Below, piece after piece: positions 19,398 through 30,652 of a stretch of 64,000 nucleotides of DNA. This DNA comes from an uncultured bacterium. Lineage in GTDB: Bacteria > Desulfobacterota_D > UBA1144 > Nemesobacterales > UBA2774. Made by a program: the position numbers and the translations under genes. The notes beneath the pieces were generated by a model. That model was not told where the DNA came from. It worked only from the letters and a program-made list of their open reading frames with translations, and made no database searches. Positions within the stretch are counted from its first letter, which is position 1, and each line of letters opens with the position of its first letter. The DNA lies in the NCBI GenBank assembly GCA_963705505.1, contig CAVPJU010000010.1, forward strand, positions 320,001-384,000. The letters run 5' to 3'.

Positions 19398-19589
19398 GAT
19401 GGGATTTCCCATCCTTCGACAAGCTCAGGATGAACGGGTTAGAAGAAACTGCTTGTTTTATTTTAAAAGACCCCCATCCAAACCTTCCCCCCGCCTCGGG
19501 GGAAGGATTTAAGGGAATCGCGGCTGGAAGCCGCTCCTACGATTTGTTTGAATGCAAAATACTGGATTCCCGATTTCTCGGGAATGACA
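19398..19589. repeat. Mosaic cluster of four different REP-like palindromes
   Basis: catccttcgacaagctcaggatgaacgg; ccttcccc...ggggaagg; tcgcggctggaagccgctcctacg; attccc-N8-gggaatgaca. Confidence 0.75.
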
Positions 19590-19623
19590 ATATGTTAAGG
19601 AGGAGTATAAAAACAAAAAGGAA

Positions 19624-20853
19624 TCAAGCCCCGTACTTCTGGAGACGTCCTGAATGGGCGAGTATAAGGGTCATTAAATCAACGGCCCTGAAAGTGCCGA
19701 GCTCTCCCCTGCTGCACTCGGTCTCCCCGAAACCCTGAGACCCCCCTGCCCTCGCGTATTTCGAGCTCATCAGGATCGGCACGGGATGCCAGCTGTGGGA
19801 TTTCATTGCGGCGGGGGTCGAATGGTCGCCCGTGACGACTATCACGTCGGGTTTCAAAGCCGCGATCTCCGGAACGAAGCTGTCGAACTCCTCTATGACC
19901 TTCGCCTTAGCGTCGAAATTCCCGTCCTCGCCGTAGCTGTCGGTCTTCTTCACGTGGAGGTAAAAAAAGTCGTATTTATCGAAATCCCTTTTTAATGTTT
20001 CGATCTCGCTCTTGATCGTCATGTCCTCGACCTCGAGCACGTCCATGCCCACGAGCTTCGCGACTCCCCTGTACATCGGATATGTCGCAATACACGCGGC
20101 ATGGAGCCCGTACGCGTCCGTATATGAAGTGAGGTTCGGATGGACTGCGAACCCCCTGAGCAGGAGGTAATTTGCCCTTTCCTCATCGCGTATGACCTTC
20201 GCAGCCTGATTGATGAACTTCTCTATGACCTTTGCGACCTTTGCAGCCTTGGGATTATTCCCCTTCGGAATGAGCGGGCTCTTGCCCTCAAGCTGCGGGT
20301 CCGTATCGTGAATATCGTCCCCGCCCGCGGGTATGGGCTCGGGGAAAGTGAAAATGACGGCCACCCTGTGCTCCATGCCTGAAGTTATAGAGACCTTCAC
20401 CCCGTCTATTTCTTTTATCTTCTCCGCAATGCGCGCGACGATTCTAATATTCTCCTGAGTGGGTATCCTGCCCGCACGCCTGTCGGTTACGACGGGCGTA
20501 TCGCCCTCGTATTTTACGGTCGCGAAGTTCCCCCTCATCGCAAGGTCGTTCGGTGAAAGCTCCAATCCCAGTCCCAAAGCCTCGAGCACGCCGCGCCCGA
20601 TTTCATACTTGAGCGGGTCGTAGCCGAAGAGACCCAGATGAGCCGCGCCGCTTCCGGGTGTGATGCCTATAGCCACGGGGAAATGCTGCCCGCAGGCCCC
20701 CTTCCTCGCAAGCTCGTCGAGATTGGGCGTGGAGGCCGCCTCGAGCTCGGTCTTTCCGTTTCTCGGGAGCCCGCCCAACCCGTCGAGCACGCAAAGGACG
20801 ATTTTCGTATTATTGGGCTGGAGAATTTTCCTTATAACTTCCTGCATTTTCAC
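19624..20853 (-). CDS. apgM: 2,3-bisphosphoglycerate-independent phosphoglycerate mutase (ApgM type)
   Basis: LDGLGG, TPGSGAAHL, DRRAGRI, TGDHSTP and HSWHPVP motifs. Confidence 0.92.
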   Translation of the reverse strand: MKMQEVIRKILQPNNTKIVLCVLDGLGGLPRNGKTELEAASTPNLDELARKGACGQHFPVAIGITPGSGAAHLGLFGYDPLKYEIGRGVLEALGLGLELSPNDLAMRGNFATVKYEGDTPVVTDRRAGRIPTQENIRIVARIAEKIKEIDGVKVSITSGMEHRVAVIFTFPEPIPAGGDDIHDTDPQLEGKSPLIPKGNNPKAAKVAKVIEKFINQAAKVIRDEERANYLLLRGFAVHPNLTSYTDAYGLHAACIATYPMYRGVAKLVGMDVLEVEDMTIKSEIETLKRDFDKYDFFYLHVKKTDSYGEDGNFDAKAKVIEEFDSFVPEIAALKPDVIVVTGDHSTPAAMKSHSWHPVPILMSSKYARAGGSQGFGETECSRGELGTFRAVDLMTLILAHSGRLQKYGA

Positions 20854-20903
20854 ACCTCAGAGAGTAGATACTACATTTTCCCTTACCTGAGCGAGTAATC
20901 AAG

Positions 20904-21674
20904 TCAGGGACCGGCTATTTCTATTTCCATTCCGTCGTATGCCGGGACTATGGAGTCGGGGAGCTCTCTCGTAAGCGTATCGTAGTCGAGCTCGTGTCCC
21001 ATGTGTGTGAGTACCGTGAGCCCGGGATTTATCTTCCGGGCTGTTTCCACGGCCTGCTCGACATTCAGATGAGCCGGGTGGGGCCTGTACCTGAGGGCGC
21101 TTATGATGAGCAGGTCGAGGTCTTTGAGCTTCTCCCACGACCAATCGGGGATACCGCTGCAGTCGGTGAGGTAGGCCATCCCGCCTATCCTGTAACCGAA
21201 TATGGTCCAGTCGGCGTGATACACGTCGACGGGAATTATTGTTATACCGTCAAAATCGAACTCATCCGCAACCGTGTTCAGGGTAAGCTTCGGCTTCCCT
21301 CCGGAGGACTTTACCCCGTCGAATATGTATTTGAAATTTTTCTTAATATTTTTGATAGTTTGCATATTCCCAAAACACGGGATCGCCGTTTTATTTATGA
21401 AATTGTATATCCTCAGCTCATCTATACCGTGCGTATGGTCGGCATGGGAATGGGTATAGAGGACGGCGTCGAGCCTGGTTATACCGTGCCTAAGTGCCTG
21501 AAATCTAAGGTCTGTCGATGTATCAATGAGTATGTTCTTCCCCTTTGCCTCCACGAGCACCGAGCACCTGGTCCGGCTGTTTTTCGGATTTTTCGACGTG
21601 CACACGGGACAGACGCAGCTGACTATGGGGACCCCTGTCGATGTGGCGCAGCCCAGTATAGTTACCTTCATCAT
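20904..21674 (-). CDS. MBL-fold hydrolase, PhnP-like
   Basis: GVP...C.C.VC, THSHADH, YLTDC and THMGH motifs. Confidence 0.9.
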   Translation of the reverse strand: MMKVTILGCATSTGVPIVSCVCPVCTSKNPKNSRTRCSVLVEAKGKNILIDTSTDLRFQALRHGITRLDAVLYTHSHADHTHGIDELRIYNFINKTAIPCFGNMQTIKNIKKNFKYIFDGVKSSGGKPKLTLNTVADEFDFDGITIIPVDVYHADWTIFGYRIGGMAYLTDCSGIPDWSWEKLKDLDLLIISALRYRPHPAHLNVEQAVETARKINPGLTVLTHMGHELDYDTLTRELPDSIVPAYDGMEIEIAGP

Positions 21675-21811
21675 TAGAAATTTATCACCAAGTTTCAATC
21701 ATTTCAAAAGATTTACCCTTTAAATTGAAAGAAAATCCGGTAAAATGTTAAAGTGATTTATAAAATACCATTTACAAATGACCACTGAAATAATATAATT
21801 AAAGTACGAAA

Positions 21812-23548
21812 GTGAGCACAAAACCGCGATTTTCCGCAATCGTCGTCTCTCTTGCCCTGCTCGTCCTCTTTTCACACAGCTCGTACGCCGAGGACAAGGG
21901 CGAAAAATTATATACGGAAACCTTCCAGCTCTATAAATCGCTCGCAGTCAGCCAGGAAAAGGTAAACAATAAGGAGATTTGGGATACGATCGCAAGGGCG
22001 TTTTACAGCATCTATATAAACTATCCCGAAAGCGATAAGGCTCCGAGCTCCCTTTTCATATCGGGAAAAATGTACGAGGAAATGGGGGAAAGGTTCGGCT
22101 CGGAGGACGACCTTGATAAGGCCGTGGACTATTCGAGACTCTTCGTAAAGAGATACCCGGACAGCAACCTGGCGGACGACGCTCAGCTCAGGGTCGCCAG
22201 GATCGTCGAGAAAAACAGCAAAAGTCAGGCCTACCTCGAATATGAAAAAGTCATCGAGGATTACCCGAACGGCGATATGAGAACGATCGCAAACAATAAA
22301 ACCCAGGACCTCGCCCTTTTCAAACCCGTTTCAAAAACAACCGACGCCCGTGAAGACAATAACGATACCGCAGAAACGGCTCCGTCCGATCCGGCCGGGA
22401 GCGGTCTCGTCAACGTGAGGGAGATACGGCACTGGTCTACAGACAATTTCACGAGGGTGGTGATCCACCTCGACAAGGAAACTCCCTTCAAGCCGATCCT
22501 CCTTAAAGAAGACCCCGCGAGCGGGAAGCCGCCTCGCCTCTTCGTGGATATATACGACACGAAGGTGGATAAGAACCTGTACGTCGAGCCTATAACGAAA
22601 GGGCTGCTCGAGGAAATAAAATTCGCGAGGAACACGAAAGACAGCGTCAGGGTGGTTCTCTATATCAAGAGCTTCGAGGATTATAAGGTCTTCGCGCTAA
22701 AAGACCCGTTCAGGATCGTTATGGACATACAGGGTAACCCGAAAGCGCACGAAGACTATAATGTCGCAAAAAAGGATACCGAGGATTACAAATACGAAAC
22801 CAAGCTGCCGGACGATCAGGTATCGAGCCTTTCTGAAGCGCTCGGTCTCAAGATAAGGACGATCGTAATCGACGCGGGACACGGCGGACACGATCCGGGA
22901 GCGATAGGTCCGTCGGGATTAAAAGAAAAACAGGTAACACTTAACGTCGCTAAGGCGCTCAAAGAGAAGCTCGATAAGGAAGGAAGGAAATACGGCATCA
23001 CGAACGTATACCTCACGAGGAGCGATGACCGGTTCATACCGCTCGAGGAGAGGACGGGTATCGCCAAGAAGATGGGTGCCGATTTATTCATTTCGATACA
23101 CTGCAACGCCGCCCGCGACAAACAGGCATACGGAACCGAAACATACTACCTGAGCCTCACCAAGGACCAGAGGTCCCTCGCCGTCGCGGCCCGTGAAAAC
23201 GCCACTACGAGCATATCGCGCGGTGAAATGTCGAAGGTCTTAAAGCAATACCTCCTAAGCGCGAAGATACAGGAATCCGAGCGCCTGGCCGGCTACGTCC
23301 AGAATTCGGTCGTAAGCACTATGTCCTCAAAATATCAGCCGGTAAGCAACAAGGGCGTGAAGAGGGCTCCCTTCATCGTCCTCATAGGCGCTGACATACC
23401 AAGCATACTGGTCGAGACGGCCTTCATCACCAACCCCAGGGATGAGAAGAGACTCGAGAGCAGTGATTACATCGATGAGCTCGCGGACGGTATATTCGCC
23501 GGAATCAAACGCTTCTCCACAGAAGTCCAGACCGCATCGCTCGAGTAA
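21812..23548 (+). CDS. N-acetylmuramoyl-L-alanine amidase (TPR + AMIN + Amidase_3)
   Basis: Signal peptide; TPR-like YP.S..A repeats; RVVIHLD/PPRLFVDI AMIN motifs; IDAGHGGHDPGA, SIHCNA and LVETAF. Confidence 0.92.
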   Translation: MSTKPRFSAIVVSLALLVLFSHSSYAEDKGEKLYTETFQLYKSLAVSQEKVNNKEIWDTIARAFYSIYINYPESDKAPSSLFISGKMYEEMGERFGSEDDLDKAVDYSRLFVKRYPDSNLADDAQLRVARIVEKNSKSQAYLEYEKVIEDYPNGDMRTIANNKTQDLALFKPVSKTTDAREDNNDTAETAPSDPAGSGLVNVREIRHWSTDNFTRVVIHLDKETPFKPILLKEDPASGKPPRLFVDIYDTKVDKNLYVEPITKGLLEEIKFARNTKDSVRVVLYIKSFEDYKVFALKDPFRIVMDIQGNPKAHEDYNVAKKDTEDYKYETKLPDDQVSSLSEALGLKIRTIVIDAGHGGHDPGAIGPSGLKEKQVTLNVAKALKEKLDKEGRKYGITNVYLTRSDDRFIPLEERTGIAKKMGADLFISIHCNAARDKQAYGTETYYLSLTKDQRSLAVAARENATTSISRGEMSKVLKQYLLSAKIQESERLAGYVQNSVVSTMSSKYQPVSNKGVKRAPFIVLIGADIPSILVETAFITNPRDEKRLESSDYIDELADGIFAGIKRFSTEVQTASLE

Positions 23549-23568
23549 ATTCCCGGGAACCGCCCACG

Positions 23569-24657
23569 CTATCCGAAAAGGTAACCCCTAAGCGAGTGAA
23601 TGTCCTTCAGTCCTATGACCTCGGTATCGATCTCCGGGACAGGGAAGCACCTGTATCCCGAACCGAGCCTCTTTAATGCCTTCTTTTCGGCGTCCGCTTC
23701 GAGCTTATAATTTTTATAAAGTGTCAGGAGCTTCTCCCGGAGCCGAGGACTGCCGGCGAAATCCCCGTCATCGAGCTCCTTTATTCCCGGAAGGCCGTCA
23801 TTGACTTTTGTCCTGTTAACGACGACGGCTTCGACATGATAGTGTTCCGAGATGAGCTCCCTCTCCCAACTGAGCGTATTCTCTATCGAAGGCTCGCTCA
23901 GGTTCGTAACGATCAGGAAAGCAGCGGAAGGAGATTTGAGCAGGTCATAAGTCTTCCCCGCGCGGATTTTGATGCCATCGCTCACGGCCTCGAAGTCGGA
24001 AAAGAATTCCCACATGTCATGGAGCACTTCGAGCCCGACTATCCTTTGAATAAACCTGAGCGAAACGGAAGTGAAAAACCTCGTGAGGCCGAAGCTCAGC
24101 CTGTCCATAACGAAAAAGGACTTGAACCCTTTGGAATCGAGAATGGAAGTGAGCCTGAGAGGGGCAGAAAGAAATCCCGAGAGGTGCTCCGAAGGGGGCG
24201 TATCGACTACTATGAGGTCGTAAGAGCCCTCCTCGTAGGATGAGAAGAGGGCCTCCATGGCCATGAATTCATGCGCGCCCGCAATGGAGTCGGCGACGCT
24301 CCTGTAATAGTTGTTAGCGAGAATCCTCGATGCTGCGTCGTCCGATTGAGATACCTTGCGGATAAGCTCATCGAAGGTCTTCTTTACATCGAGAAGCTTT
24401 ACGGTGAGCTCCCCTTTCCCATCGTACCCCGCCTCCCTCAACCGTCGTTTAGGGACCTTTGCAGTCCCTGCTTCTCCCGACAAACCGAGGGATTGAGCGA
24501 GCCTCCTGGAAGGGTCAACCGTCAATGCGAGCGTCTTCTTTCCCCGTGAAGCGGCTTCGAGGGCGACAGCCGAGGAAATAGTCGTCTTACCGACGCCTCC
24601 CGAGCCTATACAAATAACCACCTTCACTTCTTCGACCAAACGGTCAAGCTTTTTCAT
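23569..24657 (-). CDS. ArsA/Get3-family ATPase, second subunit
   Basis: GSGGVGKTT, TVDPSRRLA and VVDTPP motifs. Confidence 0.88.
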   Translation of the reverse strand: MKKLDRLVEEVKVVICIGSGGVGKTTISSAVALEAASRGKKTLALTVDPSRRLAQSLGLSGEAGTAKVPKRRLREAGYDGKGELTVKLLDVKKTFDELIRKVSQSDDAASRILANNYYRSVADSIAGAHEFMAMEALFSSYEEGSYDLIVVDTPPSEHLSGFLSAPLRLTSILDSKGFKSFFVMDRLSFGLTRFFTSVSLRFIQRIVGLEVLHDMWEFFSDFEAVSDGIKIRAGKTYDLLKSPSAAFLIVTNLSEPSIENTLSWERELISEHYHVEAVVVNRTKVNDGLPGIKELDDGDFAGSPRLREKLLTLYKNYKLEADAEKKALKRLGSGYRCFPVPEIDTEVIGLKDIHSLRGYLFG

Positions 24658-25609
24658 CTTTCCCCGCGAGCTGCCTCTCAAGCCCGGAAGCGAATGTCTT
24701 TAAATCCGCGGGCATGAGGTCTTTTTTGAAAATTTTCGGGATAACCGTTACCCGGTCATTTAACCGCGCTTTCAGATTCTTGATATATTTATCGGACGTA
24801 TTCGCCCTGACTAAGTGGTCTTTAGCAAGTCCGAATACGCGTCCCCCGCCGGGCGCTCCGTCCTTTTCATCATGCCGGAGGATTATCCTCTCTTCATCCC
24901 CGGTGAAGGGGTTTTCATATACTTTATTAACGACCGTGAAGAGAACGGATATCCCTATCGATTGAACGGCGTCTATCAATTCGAGCGTTTCTCCGACCAC
25001 CATTTCTTCGGGCGCCGAAACCACGACGACCGCGGTCTTTCCGGGGTCTTTGAGGAAACCCTCCACCCATTCTATGTGGCTTTTGAACGCGCCGCCCCTT
25101 ACCATTTGAAGGACCTTCGACGGGAGATCGAGGACGGGGATCGCATGCCCCGTCGAAGGGGCGTCGAAGATCACCTGGTCGTACACAGAGCCGGAATTCC
25201 TGCCCTGCCCGCCCCTGTTTCCGAGATGCCAGACCTTGCCTATGGTAATGAGCTCCTTCAGGCCCGGCGCAGCTTCGAAGAAGGTCTGGAGGGTTTTGGA
25301 TTTGAGTATAGTCGCGTAAACCGGGTAGAGTCTGACGAAATTCTCGCGGATGTATTCCTTTAGCGCCGCATTCGGGTCTATATATACGGCTTTTATGCCA
25401 TTATCCAGCTGCTTCTCACCGCTGTCTATGCTCTTGTCAAAACCGAAAAAATATGCGCCCCGCTTGACCTCTTTGAGAGTCACGAAAAGAGGGCTTCTCT
25501 TGTGTTTAGCGTTCAGATAGGAAAGCGCAAGGGAGACGGCCGTCTTTCCGACACCGCCCTTCCCTGTAACGACTATGAGCTTCTTACTCAGCAGTTCTTC
25601 AATGTCCAT
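24644..25609 (-). CDS. ArsA/Get3-family ATPase, first subunit
   Basis: TGKGGVGKT, APGLKEL, DAPSTGH and PEEM motifs; start may be at 25636. Confidence 0.88.
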   Translation of the reverse strand: MDIEELLSKKLIVVTGKGGVGKTAVSLALSYLNAKHKRSPLFVTLKEVKRGAYFFGFDKSIDSGEKQLDNGIKAVYIDPNAALKEYIRENFVRLYPVYATILKSKTLQTFFEAAPGLKELITIGKVWHLGNRGGQGRNSGSVYDQVIFDAPSTGHAIPVLDLPSKVLQMVRGGAFKSHIEWVEGFLKDPGKTAVVVVSAPEEMVVGETLELIDAVQSIGISVLFTVVNKVYENPFTGDEERIILRHDEKDGAPGGGRVFGLAKDHLVRANTSDKYIKNLKARLNDRVTVIPKIFKKDLMPADLKTFASGLERQLAGKDEKA

Positions 25610-25833
25610 ATCAGCCGTCAATGCGGAATATGACATCTAATTCTAACGCGCCGCATAATTACCGTCGGGAGTGCGTATTGATTTATCATTAATACTACCC
25701 GATCGGTATCGTTATCAGCCCCGATAAGGGATTCAGAACAAGCTAAAAATCCTGCGCCGCGCATGTTATTATTCATCATTCTCCCGGAAATATCAGGCAG
25801 AATTAAGATCATTGTACGGACGATTGAATCAGC

Positions 25834-27555
25834 GTGAGCAAGAACAGCGAAATAGCCGAAATATTCGAGCACATCTCCGATATGCTGAGCGTCCTCGATG
25901 AAAACCCTTTTAAGATAAGGGCGTACAGGAATGCTGCAACGAATATACTCGAGCTGAGTGAAGATATCGAAGATGTAGCCGCCCGCGATGAGCTGACCGA
26001 GATACCAGGGGTGGGGAAAGACCTCGCCGAGAAAATTACGGCGTATATCAAGACCGGGAAGATAAAAGAATACGACAAGCTCAAGGAAAAAGTCCCGCTA
26101 GAGCTCGTCGAACTCCTGGGTATCCAGGGCCTGGGACCGAAGACGCTGTCGCTCCTCTTCAAGGAGCTCAACGTCAGGAACCTCGCCGGTCTCGAGAAAG
26201 CGCTCGGAGGGGAGGAGATACTAAAGTTCAGGGGAATGGGGAAGAAGAAGATCGACGATATGAAAAGAGGGATCGAGATATTCAAGGAGAGCAAGGAGAG
26301 GACTCTCATCGGCGCAGCGCTCCCGCTTGCTGAAGAAATTGTGAGAGAGATTGCAAAGATCCCGGGGACAGAGGGCACGATACTGGCGGGCTCACTCAGA
26401 AGGATGAGAGAAACAGTAAGGGATATGGACATTCTCACGATCTCCGACAATACGGAGGCTGTCGTGGACGCATTCACCGGAATGAAGTTCGTAAAGGACG
26501 TGCTCGCTTCCGGCAGCACGAAGGGGAGCGTGATCCTGCGTGAAGGAATGCAGGCAGACCTCCGGGTCGTCGGGCCCGAGTCCTACGGGGCGGCCCTTAT
26601 GTATTTCACGGGATCCAAGGCCCACAATGTAAAGTTGAGAACGCTCGCCACAAAGAAGGGGCTCAAGATAAACGAGTACGGCGTATATAAAGGCGAGAAA
26701 ATGATAGCGGGCGAGACAGAGAAGGAAATGTATAAGACACTAGGCCTCCCTTACATACCTCCGGAACTCCGAGAGGACAGGGGCGAGATAGAGGCGGCAA
26801 TCGAAGGCAAGCTGCCCGACCTCATAGAGCTCGAGGACATAAAGGGCGACCTCCACACTCATACGAAATGGAGCGACGGCAAGGCGACGATAGAGGAGAT
26901 GGCCGAGAGCGCCCTCAGGCTCGGATACGAGTATATAGCGATCACGGATCACTCGCCGTCCCAAACGATAGCGAACGGCCTTTCGATCGAGAGGTTAAGG
27001 GCAAAGCAAAAGGAGCTTGAAACCGCAGCCAAAAAGTTTAAGAACATCAAAGTGCTCATGGGTACTGAAGTAGATATAAAGAGCGACGGCACTCTCGATT
27101 ACCCCGATAACGTGCTGAAAGAGCTCGATGTCGTCATAGCATCCGTCCACAGCGGGTTTAAGATGGAAAGGCAGACAATGACTAACCGTATCATAAAGGC
27201 GATAAAGAACCCTTACGTTCACGCCCTTGGGCATCCCACGGGAAGGCTTATAGGCGAGCGGGACCCCTATGACGTGGATATCGACCTCGTGATCGAGGCG
27301 GCGCTCGAGTACGGGAAGGCGCTCGAAGTTAACGGCTCCTACTGGAGGCTCGATATGAATGACCTTCATGCGAGGAAGGCCGTCGATGCGGGTGTAAAGG
27401 TAATTATCTCGACAGATGCGCACAGCACTGACCAGCTTCCCTTCATGAGGTACGGGGTGGGCACCGCGAGAAGGGGCTGGGTTCAGAAAAAGGACGTGCT
27501 CAATGCCCTGCCTTATAAAGAGTTGAAAGAGCGGCTGAAGGAGATAAGGAAGTAG
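25834..27555 (+). CDS. polX: DNA polymerase/3'-5' exonuclease PolX with PHP domain
   Basis: ENPFKIRAY, GSLRR, DMD, YFTGS; PHP motifs HTH, TDHS, HPTGR and TDAH. Confidence 0.95.
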   Translation: MSKNSEIAEIFEHISDMLSVLDENPFKIRAYRNAATNILELSEDIEDVAARDELTEIPGVGKDLAEKITAYIKTGKIKEYDKLKEKVPLELVELLGIQGLGPKTLSLLFKELNVRNLAGLEKALGGEEILKFRGMGKKKIDDMKRGIEIFKESKERTLIGAALPLAEEIVREIAKIPGTEGTILAGSLRRMRETVRDMDILTISDNTEAVVDAFTGMKFVKDVLASGSTKGSVILREGMQADLRVVGPESYGAALMYFTGSKAHNVKLRTLATKKGLKINEYGVYKGEKMIAGETEKEMYKTLGLPYIPPELREDRGEIEAAIEGKLPDLIELEDIKGDLHTHTKWSDGKATIEEMAESALRLGYEYIAITDHSPSQTIANGLSIERLRAKQKELETAAKKFKNIKVLMGTEVDIKSDGTLDYPDNVLKELDVVIASVHSGFKMERQTMTNRIIKAIKNPYVHALGHPTGRLIGERDPYDVDIDLVIEAALEYGKALEVNGSYWRLDMNDLHARKAVDAGVKVIISTDAHSTDQLPFMRYGVGTARRGWVQKKDVLNALPYKELKERLKEIRK

Positions 27556-27576
27556 AGGGGCCGGGTTAATCAGCTT

Positions 27577-29734
<2,158 letters not shown>

Positions 29735-29820
29735 ATCAAGATAAATTTATATCAACACTCTCCATTGTTACTTCAATATTAAGCGGATGAAAGAAAAGGG
29801 AATAAAGGGATGATAAATAT

Positions 29821-29857
29821 GAAAATCCACCCTAACCCTCCTTTACGAAAGGAGGGA
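29821..29857. repeat. REP-like palindrome GAAAATCCACC...CCCTCCTTT-N3-AAAGGAGGG
   Basis: Near-identical to 35705-35741; lies between convergent genes. Confidence 0.75.
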
Positions 29858-29891
29858 ATTAAAAGCGCGGTCGGATTCTAGATGTTGTTTA

Positions 29892-30635
29892 TTACGAATT
29901 AAGATTCCGTCTCTGCCTTATGATCTCGTAAATCAGTATACCGGCGGAGACGGAGGCGTTGAGGGAGGCTACATTTCCCGCCTGCGGGATCGAAACGAGG
30001 AAGTCGCATTGCTCTTTAACTTTCTGACCTAACCCCCTACCCTCACTACCTATTACGAGTGCAATATCCAGATTGCCGAAGTCCTCCGCGTAGATATGCC
30101 TGGACGCGGACGGGTCGGCCCCTACTATCCATACCCCCTTCTTCTTAAGCACCTCGATAACGGTCGAGAGATTGACAACTTTGGCGATAAGCACATGATT
30201 CACGGCGCCGGAGGAAGCCTTGACTACGGCAGGAGTGACGGACGCGGCCCTGTCCTTGGGGATTACGACACCGTGACCCCCGAGTACGTTCACCGTCCTG
30301 ACGATCGCACCCAGGTTCTGAGGGTCCTCGATATGATCCAGTATCACGAGGAGGAGCTTCTCCCCCTTACTCCCAGCGAGGCCGAGAATGCTTTCGACGG
30401 TCGCGTATTCGAACTCCGATATCCTGGCCGCCACACCCTGATGGGAGGCGGTGCCCGAGACCCTGGTTATCGCATCCCGCGGAAGAAAGAGCACCTTTAT
30501 TCCCCTTTCCTTTGCGAGCGCAAAGATGTCAGAGGCGCTTTCCTTCTTGCCGTCCTTTGAAATGAGAACCTCATCAATCCTGGAATCGGGATCGGAGAGC
30601 AGCTCCTTAACGGGATTCTTACCGTAGATAATCAA
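29892..30635 (-). CDS. rlmB: 23S rRNA Gm2251 methyltransferase (SPOUT)
   Basis: HQGV, DPQNLGAI.R, GSEG.G and SLNASV motifs. Confidence 0.92.
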   Translation of the reverse strand: MIIYGKNPVKELLSDPDSRIDEVLISKDGKKESASDIFALAKERGIKVLFLPRDAITRVSGTASHQGVAARISEFEYATVESILGLAGSKGEKLLLVILDHIEDPQNLGAIVRTVNVLGGHGVVIPKDRAASVTPAVVKASSGAVNHVLIAKVVNLSTVIEVLKKKGVWIVGADPSASRHIYAEDFGNLDIALVIGSEGRGLGQKVKEQCDFLVSIPQAGNVASLNASVSAGILIYEIIRQRRNLNS

Positions 30636-30652
30636 CCTGAATACTCTCCGGA

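Noticed and set aside
19391..19738. 115-aa ORF on the plus strand
   Set aside because: It is a translation of stacked REP-like repeats and runs antisense into apgM.
737..25636. Arsenic resistance system (ArsR and ArsA names)
   Set aside because: No arsB/acr3/arsC, no CxC(D) metal site in the ArsR helix, no ArsA Cys cluster, and the genes are 19 kb apart.
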